Of a stretch of 64,000 nt of DNA, positions 38,820-50,399 are shown piece by piece (the stretch's first letter is position 1; the number at the start of each line of letters is the position of its first letter). The notes beneath the pieces are model-generated. The model had not been told where the DNA came from and made no database searches. It saw nothing but the letters and a program-made list of their open reading frames with translations. The DNA comes from Camelus dromedarius (Eukaryota). Made by a program: the position numbers and the translations under genes. The stretch is from assembly GCF_036321535.1 (NCBI RefSeq), contig NC_087437.1, positions 112,904,001 through 112,968,000 of the forward strand. Reading direction: 5' to 3'.

Positions 38820-40976
38820 ATGAGGGCTGTGCTGGAGACGGCAGACATTGCCATAGTGGCCCTGTATTTTATCCTGGTCATGTGCATTGGTTTTTTTGCC
38901 ATGTGGAAATCTAATAGAAGCACCGTGAGTGGATACTTCCTGGCGGGGCGCTCTATGACCTGGGTAGCAATTGGTGCCTCTCTGTTTGTGAGCAATATTG
39001 GGAGTGAGCACTTCATTGGTCTGGCAGGATCTGGAGCTGCAAGTGGATTTGCAGTGGGCGCATGGGAATTCAATGCCTTACTGCTTTTGCAACTTCTGGG
39101 ATGGGTTTTTATCCCGATTTACATCCGGTCAGGGGTATACACCATGCCTGAATACTTGTCCAAGCGATTTGGTGGCCATAGGATTCAGGTATATTTTGCA
39201 GCCTTGTCTCTGATTCTCTATATCTTCACCAAGCTCTCAGTGGATTTGTATTCGGGTGCCCTCTTTATCCAGGAGTCTTTGGGTTGGAACCTTTATGTGT
39301 CTGTCATCCTGCTCATTGGCATGACTGCTTTGCTGACTGTCACCGGAGGCCTTGTTGCAGTAATCTACACAGACACTCTGCAGGCTCTGCTCATGATCGT
39401 GGGGGCACTCACACTTATGATTATTAGCATGATGGAGATTGGCGGGTTTGAGGAAGTTAAGAGAAGGTACATGTTGGCTTCACCCAATGTCACCTCCATC
39501 TTGTTGACGTACAACCTTTCCAACACAAATTCTTGTAATGTCCACCCTAAGAAAGATGCACTGAAAATGTTGCGGAATCCAACAGATGAAGATGTTCCTT
39601 GGCCTGGATTCATTCTTGGACAGACCCCAGCTTCAGTATGGTACTGGTGTGCTGACCAAGTCATCGTGCAAAGGGTCCTAGCGGCTAAAAACATTGCTCA
39701 TGCCAAAGGCTCTACTCTAATGGCTGGCTTCTTGAAGCTTCTGCCAATGTTTATCATAGTTGTCCCAGGAATGATTTCCAGGATACTGTTTGCTGATGAT
39801 ATAGCTTGCATCAACCCAGAGCACTGCATGCAAGTGTGTGGAAGCAGAGCTGGGTGCTCTAATATTGCTTACCCACGTCTGGTGATGAAGCTGGTTCCTG
39901 TGGGCCTCCGGGGCTTAATGATGGCGGTGATGATTGCAGCTCTGATGAGTGACTTGGACTCTATCTTTAACAGTGCCAGTACCATATTCACCCTCGATGT
40001 GTACAAACTCATACGCAAAAGCGCAAGCTCCCGAGAACTAATGATTGTGGGGAGGATATTTGTAGCTTTTATGGTGGTGATCAGCATTGCGTGGGTGCCC
40101 ATCATCGTGGAGATGCAAGGAGGCCAGATGTACCTTTATATTCAGGAGGTAGCAGATTACCTGACGCCCCCAGTTGCGGCCCTGTTCCTTCTGGCGATTT
40201 TCTGGAAGCGCTGCAATGAACAAGGGGCTTTCTATGGTGGAATGGCTGGCTTTATTCTTGGAGCAGTCCGTTTGACACTGGCCTTTGCCTACCGTGCCCC
40301 AGAATGTGACCAACCTGATAACAGGCCAGGCTTCATCAAAGACATCCATTACATGTATGTGGCCACAGCATTGTTTTGGGTCACAGGACTTATTACTGTA
40401 ATTGTTAGCCTTCTCACACCACCTCCCACGAAGGAACAGATTCGTACCACCACCTTTTGGTCTAAGAAGATCCTGGTGACGAAGGAGAGCTGCTCCCCGA
40501 AAGACGAACCATACAAAATGCAAGAGAAGAGCATTCTGAGATGCAGTGAGAATAGTGAGGCCATCAACAATGTCATTCCCAATGGGAAATCTGAAGATAG
40601 TATTAAGGGCCTGCAGCCTGAAGATGTTAATTTGTTGGTGACTTGCAGAGAGGAGGGCAACCCAGTGGCTTCCTTAGGTCATTCAGAAGCGGAAACACCA
40701 GTTGATGCTTATTCCAATGGGCAAGCAGCTCTCATGGGTGAGAAAGAAAGAAAGAAAGAAACAGAGGATGGAGGCCGGTACTGGAAGTTCATAGATTGGT
40801 TCTGTGGCTTTAAGAGTAAGAGCCTCAGCAAGAGGAGTCTCAGAGACCTGATGGAGGAGGAGGCTGTTTGTTTACAAATGTTGGAAGAACCTCCACAAGT
40901 TAAACTAATACTAAATATTGGACTTTTTGCTGTGTGTTCCCTTGGAATTTTCATGTTTGTTTATTTTTCCTTATGA
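38820..40976 (+). CDS. SLC5A3: Sodium/myo-inositol cotransporter 1 (SMIT1), 718 aa, intronless CDS
   Basis: Intact ORF MRAVLETADIAIVALYF...GIFMFVYFSL* with solute:sodium symporter motifs (GYFLAGRSM, SNIGSEHFIGLAG, TMPEYLSKRFGG, WYWCADQVIVQR, AALMSDLDSIFNSASTIFTLD). Confidence 0.99.
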   Translation: MRAVLETADIAIVALYFILVMCIGFFAMWKSNRSTVSGYFLAGRSMTWVAIGASLFVSNIGSEHFIGLAGSGAASGFAVGAWEFNALLLLQLLGWVFIPIYIRSGVYTMPEYLSKRFGGHRIQVYFAALSLILYIFTKLSVDLYSGALFIQESLGWNLYVSVILLIGMTALLTVTGGLVAVIYTDTLQALLMIVGALTLMIISMMEIGGFEEVKRRYMLASPNVTSILLTYNLSNTNSCNVHPKKDALKMLRNPTDEDVPWPGFILGQTPASVWYWCADQVIVQRVLAAKNIAHAKGSTLMAGFLKLLPMFIIVVPGMISRILFADDIACINPEHCMQVCGSRAGCSNIAYPRLVMKLVPVGLRGLMMAVMIAALMSDLDSIFNSASTIFTLDVYKLIRKSASSRELMIVGRIFVAFMVVISIAWVPIIVEMQGGQMYLYIQEVADYLTPPVAALFLLAIFWKRCNEQGAFYGGMAGFILGAVRLTLAFAYRAPECDQPDNRPGFIKDIHYMYVATALFWVTGLITVIVSLLTPPPTKEQIRTTTFWSKKILVTKESCSPKDEPYKMQEKSILRCSENSEAINNVIPNGKSEDSIKGLQPEDVNLLVTCREEGNPVASLGHSEAETPVDAYSNGQAALMGEKERKKETEDGGRYWKFIDWFCGFKSKSLSKRSLRDLMEEEAVCLQMLEEPPQVKLILNIGLFAVCSLGIFMFVYFSL

Positions 40977-43900
40977 ACTTTAAAGGATATGATGAGACAC
41001 TAACTTAAAGAAAATACTGGTCTTTGAAAAAAAAAACACCTTATGTAACTGTTGCATCTCTCAGGCATTGTTTACGCTGTAGGTTTTAGCCAAATTTTAC
41101 TTAGCAGAAAATCATCTATTTGCAAGACTTTATTTTCCCAGAGATGGATGAAAGTAAAATTTCAGCTTAAATGAAGTAAAACTTGTTTAACAGACTGAAT
41201 TGTGCACATGTGGTTTAAAATTTTTCATACCAAAGTAAGGAGAGACCAATTATTCTCATAGATCACTTAGAGCAGAATATATGCTAAGATGTCATGAATA
41301 AGGTATACTGTCTGCACTGCCAAATCTTGGTAGACCTTCTTACCCTGAAGTAGAAGACTTGCTCATTTTGAAGTTTTTTCTGTCTCTATAATCCCTACTA
41401 TCATTAAAAACAAAAAAAGTGAATTTGTAGACATTGTATAATCAATTATGTACTGAAAATCTAACTTGTGCTTGTGGGGAACTTGTTTCAGGACAAGTTA
41501 GTTTGCCAGGTTTATTTTGTTAGCATGAGCCTATGGATTCGGAATGCTGAAAGAAAAGAAGAATGTTTTCCTGTAGCTATTCTTGTACCACCAGTGTATA
41601 GAATGTTGGGAAACAGTTTTGTTCTGGTTATTTTGTTTTTCTTTTTTCTTTGAAGTTTAAGTGAACCATACCCAAATGACCACCAAGTCTGTCTTTATAA
41701 AGTTATGTGTCATGACTGTATTGTGAAATGATTATGGGGGAGAAAATGAAGTAAGCGTTGCTGATGACCCCCAAATTTAAAATACTGACCAAATTAAGAT
41801 TGTTTATATAGTTTGGGAATTAGCAGCCCCTAAGCAGTGTTCAGGCAGCTTAAGCTGAACAGGTGATTACTCATACTCCATTAATTCTCTAGCTTTGTTC
41901 TTGTCATTGGTAACATACTTACATACTTTACTAGCCAGGTACTTTCCCAAGTGGATCCATTTGGAAGATGTGTACAGAAATTTGAAGAAAAATTAACGCT
42001 GCCCTTTGGCTGGGTTGCCCTACTTAATTGTATCATGATATATTGAGGTTGAGTTTTTAGAGTGAAAATTTAATTTTAAGATCATATTGTATCCTTGATG
42101 AGTTATTTTTCCCTAATTTACTTTTTTTCAAAAGGCTTGCCATCTGTACACAGCCTCTACATTTTTGTTTAAAAACCTAGTGACATAGAACATGAGGATA
42201 TTTCAGTGCAAACTGGCCATTAGTAGCAGAAAACTCAAGAGTGCATGCTTTGCCATTGGTAGCTTGTCAGATGGTCTTTCTGTAGAATGGATAGTATGTT
42301 CAGAAGGTGCCATGAACAAGAACTTCTGGGTTTAGTAGTGTGTCTTGTGGAGATTACAGGACTTGTGTAATTGTAAGACCCTCTGTCTTGACATGGCTTG
42401 GTACCCAGTTGCAGCCTTTGTGGATGAGAGTCTGTTTTTCACAGACTGATTCCCCTTTGTGAGGACAGGGTACGTACAAAAGATGTTTGAGAAAAGCGCA
42501 ACAGATATGTAGTTCTTTGTGTGTGCTCTTCACTGTCCTTCTTCCTCCATGACAGATGAAGGAAACTATTTGTGTATCTACTTTCTTTGACTTTTCCATA
42601 ATCTCTGATATTTTTTTAAATTGCATGATTTTATTAATCTTGTATTCTTTAGGGAAAATTATTACTTTTTTAGATACTTTTGTAGATTTTGAATCAAAAC
42701 TCAGTCCTAATGACTTTACATTTTTTTTGTATTCTGTAAACTAGTTTCATTATGATAGACTTGATTTGTCCAAAGTTGATTTTAGAAATTATCAGGTAGC
42801 ATAATGTCTTCCCATCTCCAGGAGGCTTTCTGATGGACTGAGTCTGTATATGAAAAAAAATTAAAAATTCATATATGAATAGCATGATTTCTGAGAGCTT
42901 AGAGTGAGTGCCTTGTAGAATTTTTTTTCTCAGTTTCATTCTTAAGGTTTATAAGCTGGGGGCCAAATAAATAGGGACCATCCTTTTCTTGTGTGGAGGC
43001 TGAAGCTGTGACATATCCAAGGCTACAAGGTTATTGGGAAGAGCAGAAAATCAGGTGTCCAAATCTGGACTCCTGGTTTGTCCTCTTCTTTTCTCAAAGG
43101 AACTGTCCTTCCTTTGAGACAACCTTTGGTATTTGGGGAAATAATAGGATCTTAGACTTTTCAAATTGGCGTTAAGTTATAGGAATTAAAATTTCCTTTG
43201 ACTCTGAACACATTGCTGTGTAACTCAACAGGGAGAATTGACATAATGACTGGGCAGCTTTCTTACCCCTTCTATTAAAAGCATAAAAAAGTAGGTGGTG
43301 TTTAAGTGGATTTTCCCCCCCTTTATTTAATGTTGAGCCCTAATAGTTTGGAGCGCTAGCGTCCCCCTGCCTTCTCTCTGCTCTTGTTTAGTATGATGCA
43401 TAAAATACGTCATCTCATGTCTATTTGTGTGTATATAGCATTAGGTCAAGTTTAGAGCACTAATGTTTGTAAATAAGGAATGATTATTAGCATATCCATT
43501 AGGATTGTTTATTCTTGCCAGTATAAACATCACTTTATTTAGACTGAAGTCCCTGAAGCTTGCCCTTTTACTGCTTTCCAGTAATAGATAATGTGCTTGA
43601 ATAAGTATGTGAATTCCTGATTGCAACTTAATTTCAGGGGACCATTCTGAAGTCCGTGTTTCATAAGAATGATTGTTCATGGAGTGATACATGATCTGTC
43701 TTAAAGCTAGCAAAGTAGTGATACTTTACATCAATAAATGGGTCCTAGATGATGACATTGATATCTAGACATTAACATGTATATATTTACATATTGGCTC
43801 AAGTTAAGGTTCAGAATTGGCTAAGAATAATATTGATGAAAAGAGTCAAAATGAAGTGGGGACACTGGTGTTCAGAAGTGGAGAAATACATTCTTACCTG

Positions 43901-44642
43901 CTGTTAGTGGTATCCCCAGGACTTAAATTTTTGTCCTGTTAGGCAATCTTTGTCCTAAGAACTGATGAGAAGAGATTATTACCCTGACATGCAGAATGAT
44001 TATTGATTCCTTTGTGGGACCTTTAATTTCCCTGTTCATGTAGAATATTTTGTCCTCCCACCCTGGGATAGTAAGTGCTTTTGAAACGGCTGAGCCAATC
44101 TTTCCTCCCAGCCTTTCTTTCATGGTGAGGTTATCACTCTTATCTTCAGGTTGGAGAAGCATCAAGCAGTAGGAATGGTGCTGTGTCCTTTGGCCTAAAT
44201 CCAGCAGATTTGATCCCCAAGGCTTCCTTTTCACTTGGCTCAAAGGATCATTTGTCTTTTTGAATAAAAAAGGCTGGCCAGGGTCACAAAATCCTAGCTC
44301 TTAGGAATGGCACTTTAAGTAATTTGCAGGGACCTATCACTTCATGAAACTTCACATTTTGAGAATTGAGTGGGAAGATTGTTACTCAATTCTCTAACCT
44401 GAGCCTAAGGCAGAGCTTGAAAGTCCAGGGCAGGGTGGTTAGCCTCTACATTTCTCAGTCCATTGCTGTCTTCCCTGCTTGGGGTGTGTGGATCTTTCCC
44501 TTTCTCTTTACATATAATTTAATGCAGCGTATAGGTTATTCTCATTCTTTTGCTACCCTGTAGACTGGCTGTATTATTAGCTACTAAAAGGTTAGACCCA
44601 TCAATGTTCCCATTTGGCAGTGTTCGGCTTACTTGCTTTTCT

Positions 44643-44790
44643 AATTTTTTTGGTTTGTTTTTGTTTTTGTATTATGGGGGGCAGTAAATTAGGTTTACTT
44701 ATTTATTTTTAGAGGAGACACTGGGGATTGAACCCAGGACCTTGTGTATATTAAGCATGCACTCTACCACTTGAGCTAAACTCTCCCCCC
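44643..44790 (-). mobile_element. tRNA-Ala-derived SINE (camelid Vic-1-like), full length, 14-bp target-site duplication
   Basis: Minus strand reads GGGGGAGAGTTTAGCTCAAGTGGTAGAGTGCATGC...GGGTTCAATCCCCAG (A and B boxes) with an A-rich tail; TTACTTGCTTTTCT at 44629-44642 and 44791-44804. Confidence 0.88.
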
Positions 44791-47700
44791 TTACTTGCTT
44801 TTCTTATACTTTACTCCCTTATATTGTTTTTCTCTGAGGTATTATGGCTGGAAATGACCACGTGGGTATCTAGTAGTTACACCTCACCATTCCCTGAGTT
44901 TGGGTTGAGAGATATATAAGTACCAGTCCCGTTAAATTATGTGATTACAGAGACTTGCCAGGACAAAACTGTCCTAAAAAGTCATAAAAACTATTAAGAG
45001 AGATACTGAGAAGTACCTGGGTGATACACACTTAACAAGTTGGTAAAGGACAAAATTAGCTTAATATGTGTTAGATGTAGAATCATATTCATTGAACTCT
45101 AGAACTTGAAGTATCTTTGCTATCAGCTAGTTTAAACCCCTCCCCGTATAGACTAGGGTACCAATGAATAAGATCCAGCCTGTTAAACCCTGGTTTGATA
45201 TTAAATATTGTAAAGTATGAGTTTATTAACATATTTGAGGTTAAAATGACAATATTCCATACTGATACTTTAGCTAATAAAATTTCTTATTAGCTAGGTT
45301 TTAAATTGCTTAAGTCATTTCAGTGTTGATGTTAGCCTGAGCAGACTTTACAAATACGATATATTCCTATTTGTATGTATGTCCACCTGCTATTCAGAGA
45401 GACTGGTCTTCCCCTTTATTTGTCTGCCCTCAAACATTGCTTTAATTATTCACCTGTTCTGTCTTTCAATACTTATCAAATTCCCATTTTGATCTTTTGT
45501 CAGCTTAATTCACTTTCAGACTTACTGCCATGGTGTGCGAAAGTGCTGCTTTGCCTCAGTTTTGAAGACTTGGATCCAAATAATGATTCATTAAATATAG
45601 TTGTGTTTAAATATACTAAATTTCTATTAGTTTAAACCATTTATTCTCCAGAATTATTTTCTCAGACTTTGTTTTCACTAATGATAAGAGCCCTAATAAT
45701 TCATTAATATTTTATTCTCAAAACTCCTTTTTCAAAATTAGAGAGGAGGCAACAATAATTAAAATTCACACCAGCCCCTTTGAAATGATGATATCACAGT
45801 GCAGAGAGGAATGGAGTTTGTTTTGATGCCAAAAAGCCTTGTTCTCGCAGTAATTAAAGGTAAAAAGTTGGAACTAGTCAGTTGGCATTTAGAGAAATCC
45901 TTTGTACTAGTTAGATATGAAGCTGGATTAAGTTACAAAGTGATCTTTTGATTACTACAGTTGGTTAGACTTGGTTGACATAACTCAGGGCTGCAAACCC
46001 CTTTGCCTCCATTAAGGTAACTTCTCTTAATTTGGCATGCTTTTTGTCACACTCACCTCTCTTGGAAGAGTAGATAGATATTCAGCTACTTTGACTCCAG
46101 AACAGGATTTAGCTAAGGTTCAAAATAATTAATAGGCTTTACTAGTGCTGAGTCCCACACCATTATTCACAGTCATATAAATGTTTTTATTTAAAATTCT
46201 CTCCAGAGCTGGGAATTAAGGCTTTAAACTACTGATTCACCTTTAAAGGAATGTTGTGAGAATTGATATAATTTATGTTTCTGTTTCCATCTCAAATCCT
46301 TTATAAAAGATAGGATTTAGCTTTTTGTTTTGTGTTAAGCACCCCATTTATCTGATAACTAACAGCCCTAAACATTAGCATTATAGTCTTTTACTCAAAA
46401 GTAAACAAAAATGGTTGGTTGTATCTGGATCATTACTCATCTCGTGCACTTTACTTTTTTGGGGAGGACGTAATCTGAGACTGTTGACTTAACCAATAAC
46501 CTTAATTTATGTAATGACTTTTAAAGTTTGGTTTGGTTACCTAGATTTATAGCATGTTTGAAGAAAGTGATGTGAGAATAAATAAGCAACTGGAGAGCAA
46601 GTCAAGACAAAGCACAGTGGTCTCGGTTTCTTGTTAGTGTAGGAGCAGTGGCTTCGCTATCCTCAGAGGAGAAGCACTGTACTGTATGTAATTGTTGCCC
46701 GGGATAATGGAGCCCCGCCCCCAGTTCAAAACAGTTTACAGTCAGTGAACTTTATCGATAAGGGAAATACATTTTGCAGTGACTTCAGCAACAGCACAAG
46801 TTGATAGTAGATACCAACACCTTTATTGGAGACATGTTTATCTTGGTAAATTCACCTTGTACCCTAGTGCTAGTGCTGCTGGATAAAGGAGTGTTTACTT
46901 TTTTAAATTGCCTCTGGACAAACCAGTCTGGATAATTTTTCAATATATCAAAGTAGCTTATACGTCTATAAGTGGAATGTTCCTTAATAGCTTACTTTTT
47001 TGTTATAATAGTTGGAAACTGAAACTAAGCTCATTGCTATCTATATTACTGAAATCCCAAATTAGCAAAGGCCATTTTATAGGGTGTTCCATAATATAAT
47101 CAGCTTCTGAAATTTGTGTTTTGATTAGTGCCTTCCTGTTGCCAATATTGAATATGCTAGTTTACACCTTTCCCTTTCTTGATAGATAACTCTTACTTGT
47201 TACAATTTCTCTTTTTAAATTTTGTTATAACTAGTGAAGAAAATACATTTATATTTACATACTTTATATGCAGCCTTTATTTAGGTTCAAGGAAACCAGG
47301 TAGTTCTACTTTGTGTTGCAGCTTAAATGTTATTTATTCATCTGTATTTGTTTCTTTTTTATCTTTAATTAAAAGTATAAGGTTGCTTATTCTGTGAGTA
47401 TGTTTTAACTTTATCATTTTTCCAGTGTAGGTTTGATAGGCATATCTGAGAACATATATGTGACAACCGTTTCACATTCCATGATAAGGAAAAAGCTTAA
47501 AGGCCTGTAGAAAGCACAAAACCGTGTTCCCTCATGTGTGTGTCTCCACATGTAGAAAGCACAAGACTAACAGTATTCTCAGTATCCCACAAGTGCCAGG
47601 CATAGAAAGCCCACCACGTGTTTGTCTCCGGAGTTGTTAGGCTGAGGACCGCAGTACTAAGATCCCCAGACAGCGAGGTACCCAGGACGGGGGTCCTAAA

Positions 47701-50187
47701 TCCTAAGTGATTCAGTGTGCTAATCCGAGTACATTTGTGTTGCTTTGATGGAGGAGAGAACACCAGTGTCAAGAATGCTGCAGTCATAGTGGGGGGTGAC
47801 TGGCTATGACGGGGTCTGTGGGCTGGAACTAAAGAAGCAGGAGCAGACTTCGAGGCTTTGGTGGGTGGGACATTGTGACAAGCTCCTGTTTTAAGCTGTA
47901 GGGCCATTGGAGTCTGTAGTTGTTTTTTTAATCTTAAATCTTTAGGAAACTTTACCTCTTGTCAGTAGTATCCTGTAAATATGGAGAAATCTCACTTTTT
48001 AATAGAGCAAATACTAATCTTTAATCTTTGTGTAAATCTAAACTTAATGAAGTTATTTTTTTCATATGCTTGATTGCCCTTCATTTTTAATAGAGCAGAA
48101 TTTGATCCAAGCGTACTGAGTATCTAACTAATTGAGACAGATCTGCCGAATGATCTATACTTTGCATTCCACAATGATCGTAAGAGCCTAAAGGATTCGT
48201 TTGCCTGTCCCAATACCCACTTCGAGACTAGGTTAGATGAAGTCTGTGAATGTGAGTGCAAAAGAAGGACATAATGTGTTTTCTTGTACTCAGCATTGCC
48301 TTTATTTTACTCCCCACTTTTCTTCACCTGTATAGTCCCTGTTTATCAACAAGGAATAAGTGTATCTGTGTCTTGAATTTTGCCCATATGTCGAAAGATA
48401 GAACTCTCAAAATGGGAGAGAAGAACCTTTGTTCCCACTCTCCTCTGTTTTGTATATTTATCTTCGTAGGGATAATCAACTCTAATAATATATGGAATGA
48501 AGATTATAGCTGGTGTAGACTAATGGGACATGGTTTAGAAGAATTAATCTGAGCACTTGGAGGGAGAGATTCCCCGCTCTAGCAAGAAGTCACCAGGTGT
48601 GTACCTACGGCATTCTTTTAGAATGTGAAACCTCAGGCTTTGGCAGGACGAGGGGAGAGGGGAGTACCAGACATGCCGGAAAATGGAGAGGTTTGAGGAA
48701 CATCTTTGACTTAGCAATATGTGATAAAGCAAAGCCGTGTAACCTGTTAGGCCTGTATAGAATGTGTTCTGTACCTTTAAATGTTGTTTTTAAATTTAAA
48801 ATAGTTTTTAAGACCTTAAAGAACGCTTTTCAAGATTCCTTTGGCAGAGTATCTTTCATCTATAATTCCACGGAAAATTGCTTTAATTAGTCTAGGTGAA
48901 AGTAGTCCTAGTAATGTAAATATGTATAATTAGAATTTTCTAATTTCACTGTGAGATCTCTAACTTGAGTGGCAAACAGATCAACAAAGTCTTTTTGCTC
49001 ATGGACTTTTCTGTGGGGTTGTTAAAATGCAAAAGCTTTATTTTTTTTAATAATGACATATTACGTTAGTGTCAGATGATGGTGTGGAATCTGTTGCCCT
49101 TCTTTCCCCCACCAATATTGCTTTAGTTTATAGATTGCCAACAGAGTTCAGAAATAGAGCGGGGATTTACCCATTCTTTGCTTGGACATCCCGTTTTCTG
49201 TTGCTCAGACCTGTGTTGGCAGTCACATATGAACTATGTTATGCTTCTCCGTGCTTCTTCTTCTTTTTTTTTTAATAAGGTGGATATCAAAAATAGTTGC
49301 TGTGCAAAAGTTAGTAGTCTTCTTCAAGAAGAAAATCAATTCCTTTTCTAATATCCTGTGAAATTGCTTCATTCATTTCTTTATTTTTAAGCCAAATGTC
49401 AGCAGAGTACTGCTGCTTTTATCTAGTAATTTTGATATGTATGTATTAAAGCATTTTTAAAAGATGTCTACATTGAAAAATGTTCCTCCCAGTGTCCTGC
49501 CTCTTAAGCTTGTTCAGATGCTCTGTGAGAGACCAGTCTGTGCACTGGGGGTTTGTATTGTGTACATGGATCGTTTTGTCAGTTATGCCTTGTAGACCAA
49601 ATGTGATTATAAATGAAGTTGTTGCGTTATTGGTGAGTTTTTTGAATTGTAAACTAATTTCTGGTGTACTCTTCATTGTCCACGGCTTTTTTTTTTTTTT
49701 TAAGGTTTGATCAGGTCCATCTCATTGTACAATGTTTTAGTTGCAAGCAGAAAGTAGAATATAAACCAAGTTACTTCCATATTGAAAGGAGTACAGTTGA
49801 AATTGTAGATTTAAGATTGTTAACCATACGTGACAATTCTAACTTGACTATTCTAACCTATTGTATACAACCTGATTTTTAAAATTGTAGACATGTATGA
49901 TCTTGGTTTAATGTGTTTTTAAAAGTGTTATTGTTTAAAAAATGAAAAAAAAATGAAGCAAATCTGCTAAAGAGCTGTCAGTTTTCATTACTGACTCTGT
50001 AAAATACACTGTTCTTTGTGTACTGTGTGTTATTTTGCCAGCTGCTGCATTAGCCTTTACAAGTATTTGGAAACTTAAGATGAACTACATTTCTTGCAAA
50101 GTATATTCCTTTCTGTGGTATTTTGTCCTGTAATTGAAGTATAGTTAATTATTTTATGGAAATGTTAGCACTTCTGTACCAACTTTG

Positions 50188-50193
50188 AATAAA
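50188..50193 (+). terminator. SLC5A3: Probable distal polyadenylation signal of SLC5A3
   Basis: AATAAA with several upstream TGTA motifs, a CA about 13 nt downstream and a U/GU-rich tract (tttctgtg) after it. Confidence 0.7.
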
Positions 50194-50399
50194 AGGAAAA
50201 ATTTACATTTCTGTGACTAAGTATTTTCAGTATGAACACGTCTACCCTCAAGAGATTGTATCTGTTTCTTTTCTCTCATCTCATGAATAGTTCCAATGAG
50301 AACCCTGCTGATTATTGTTATTTACCTTGGTTAACATGGACTAGCAGGTAATGACTGAGAATTGAGTTGTATATATAACATTGATAAATAAAAATATCC

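Larger units (their letters stand above)
40977..50210 (+). other. SLC5A3: Long (~9.2 kb) SLC5A3 3' UTR
   Basis: U-rich and poor in transposons from the stop codon to AATAAA at 50188; L1 sequence resumes at about 50400. SLC5A3 is known to have a mRNA of roughly 11 kb. The exact end is inferred. Confidence 0.75.

Noticed and set aside
38787..40954. Antisense ORFs over SLC5A3
   Set aside because: Shadow frames of a real coding sequence, short and without independent support.
44700..44790. tRNA-Ala genes here and at 60330-60397
   Set aside because: Stems are degenerate, both share a non-tRNA tail, and one has a target-site duplication, so they are SINEs.
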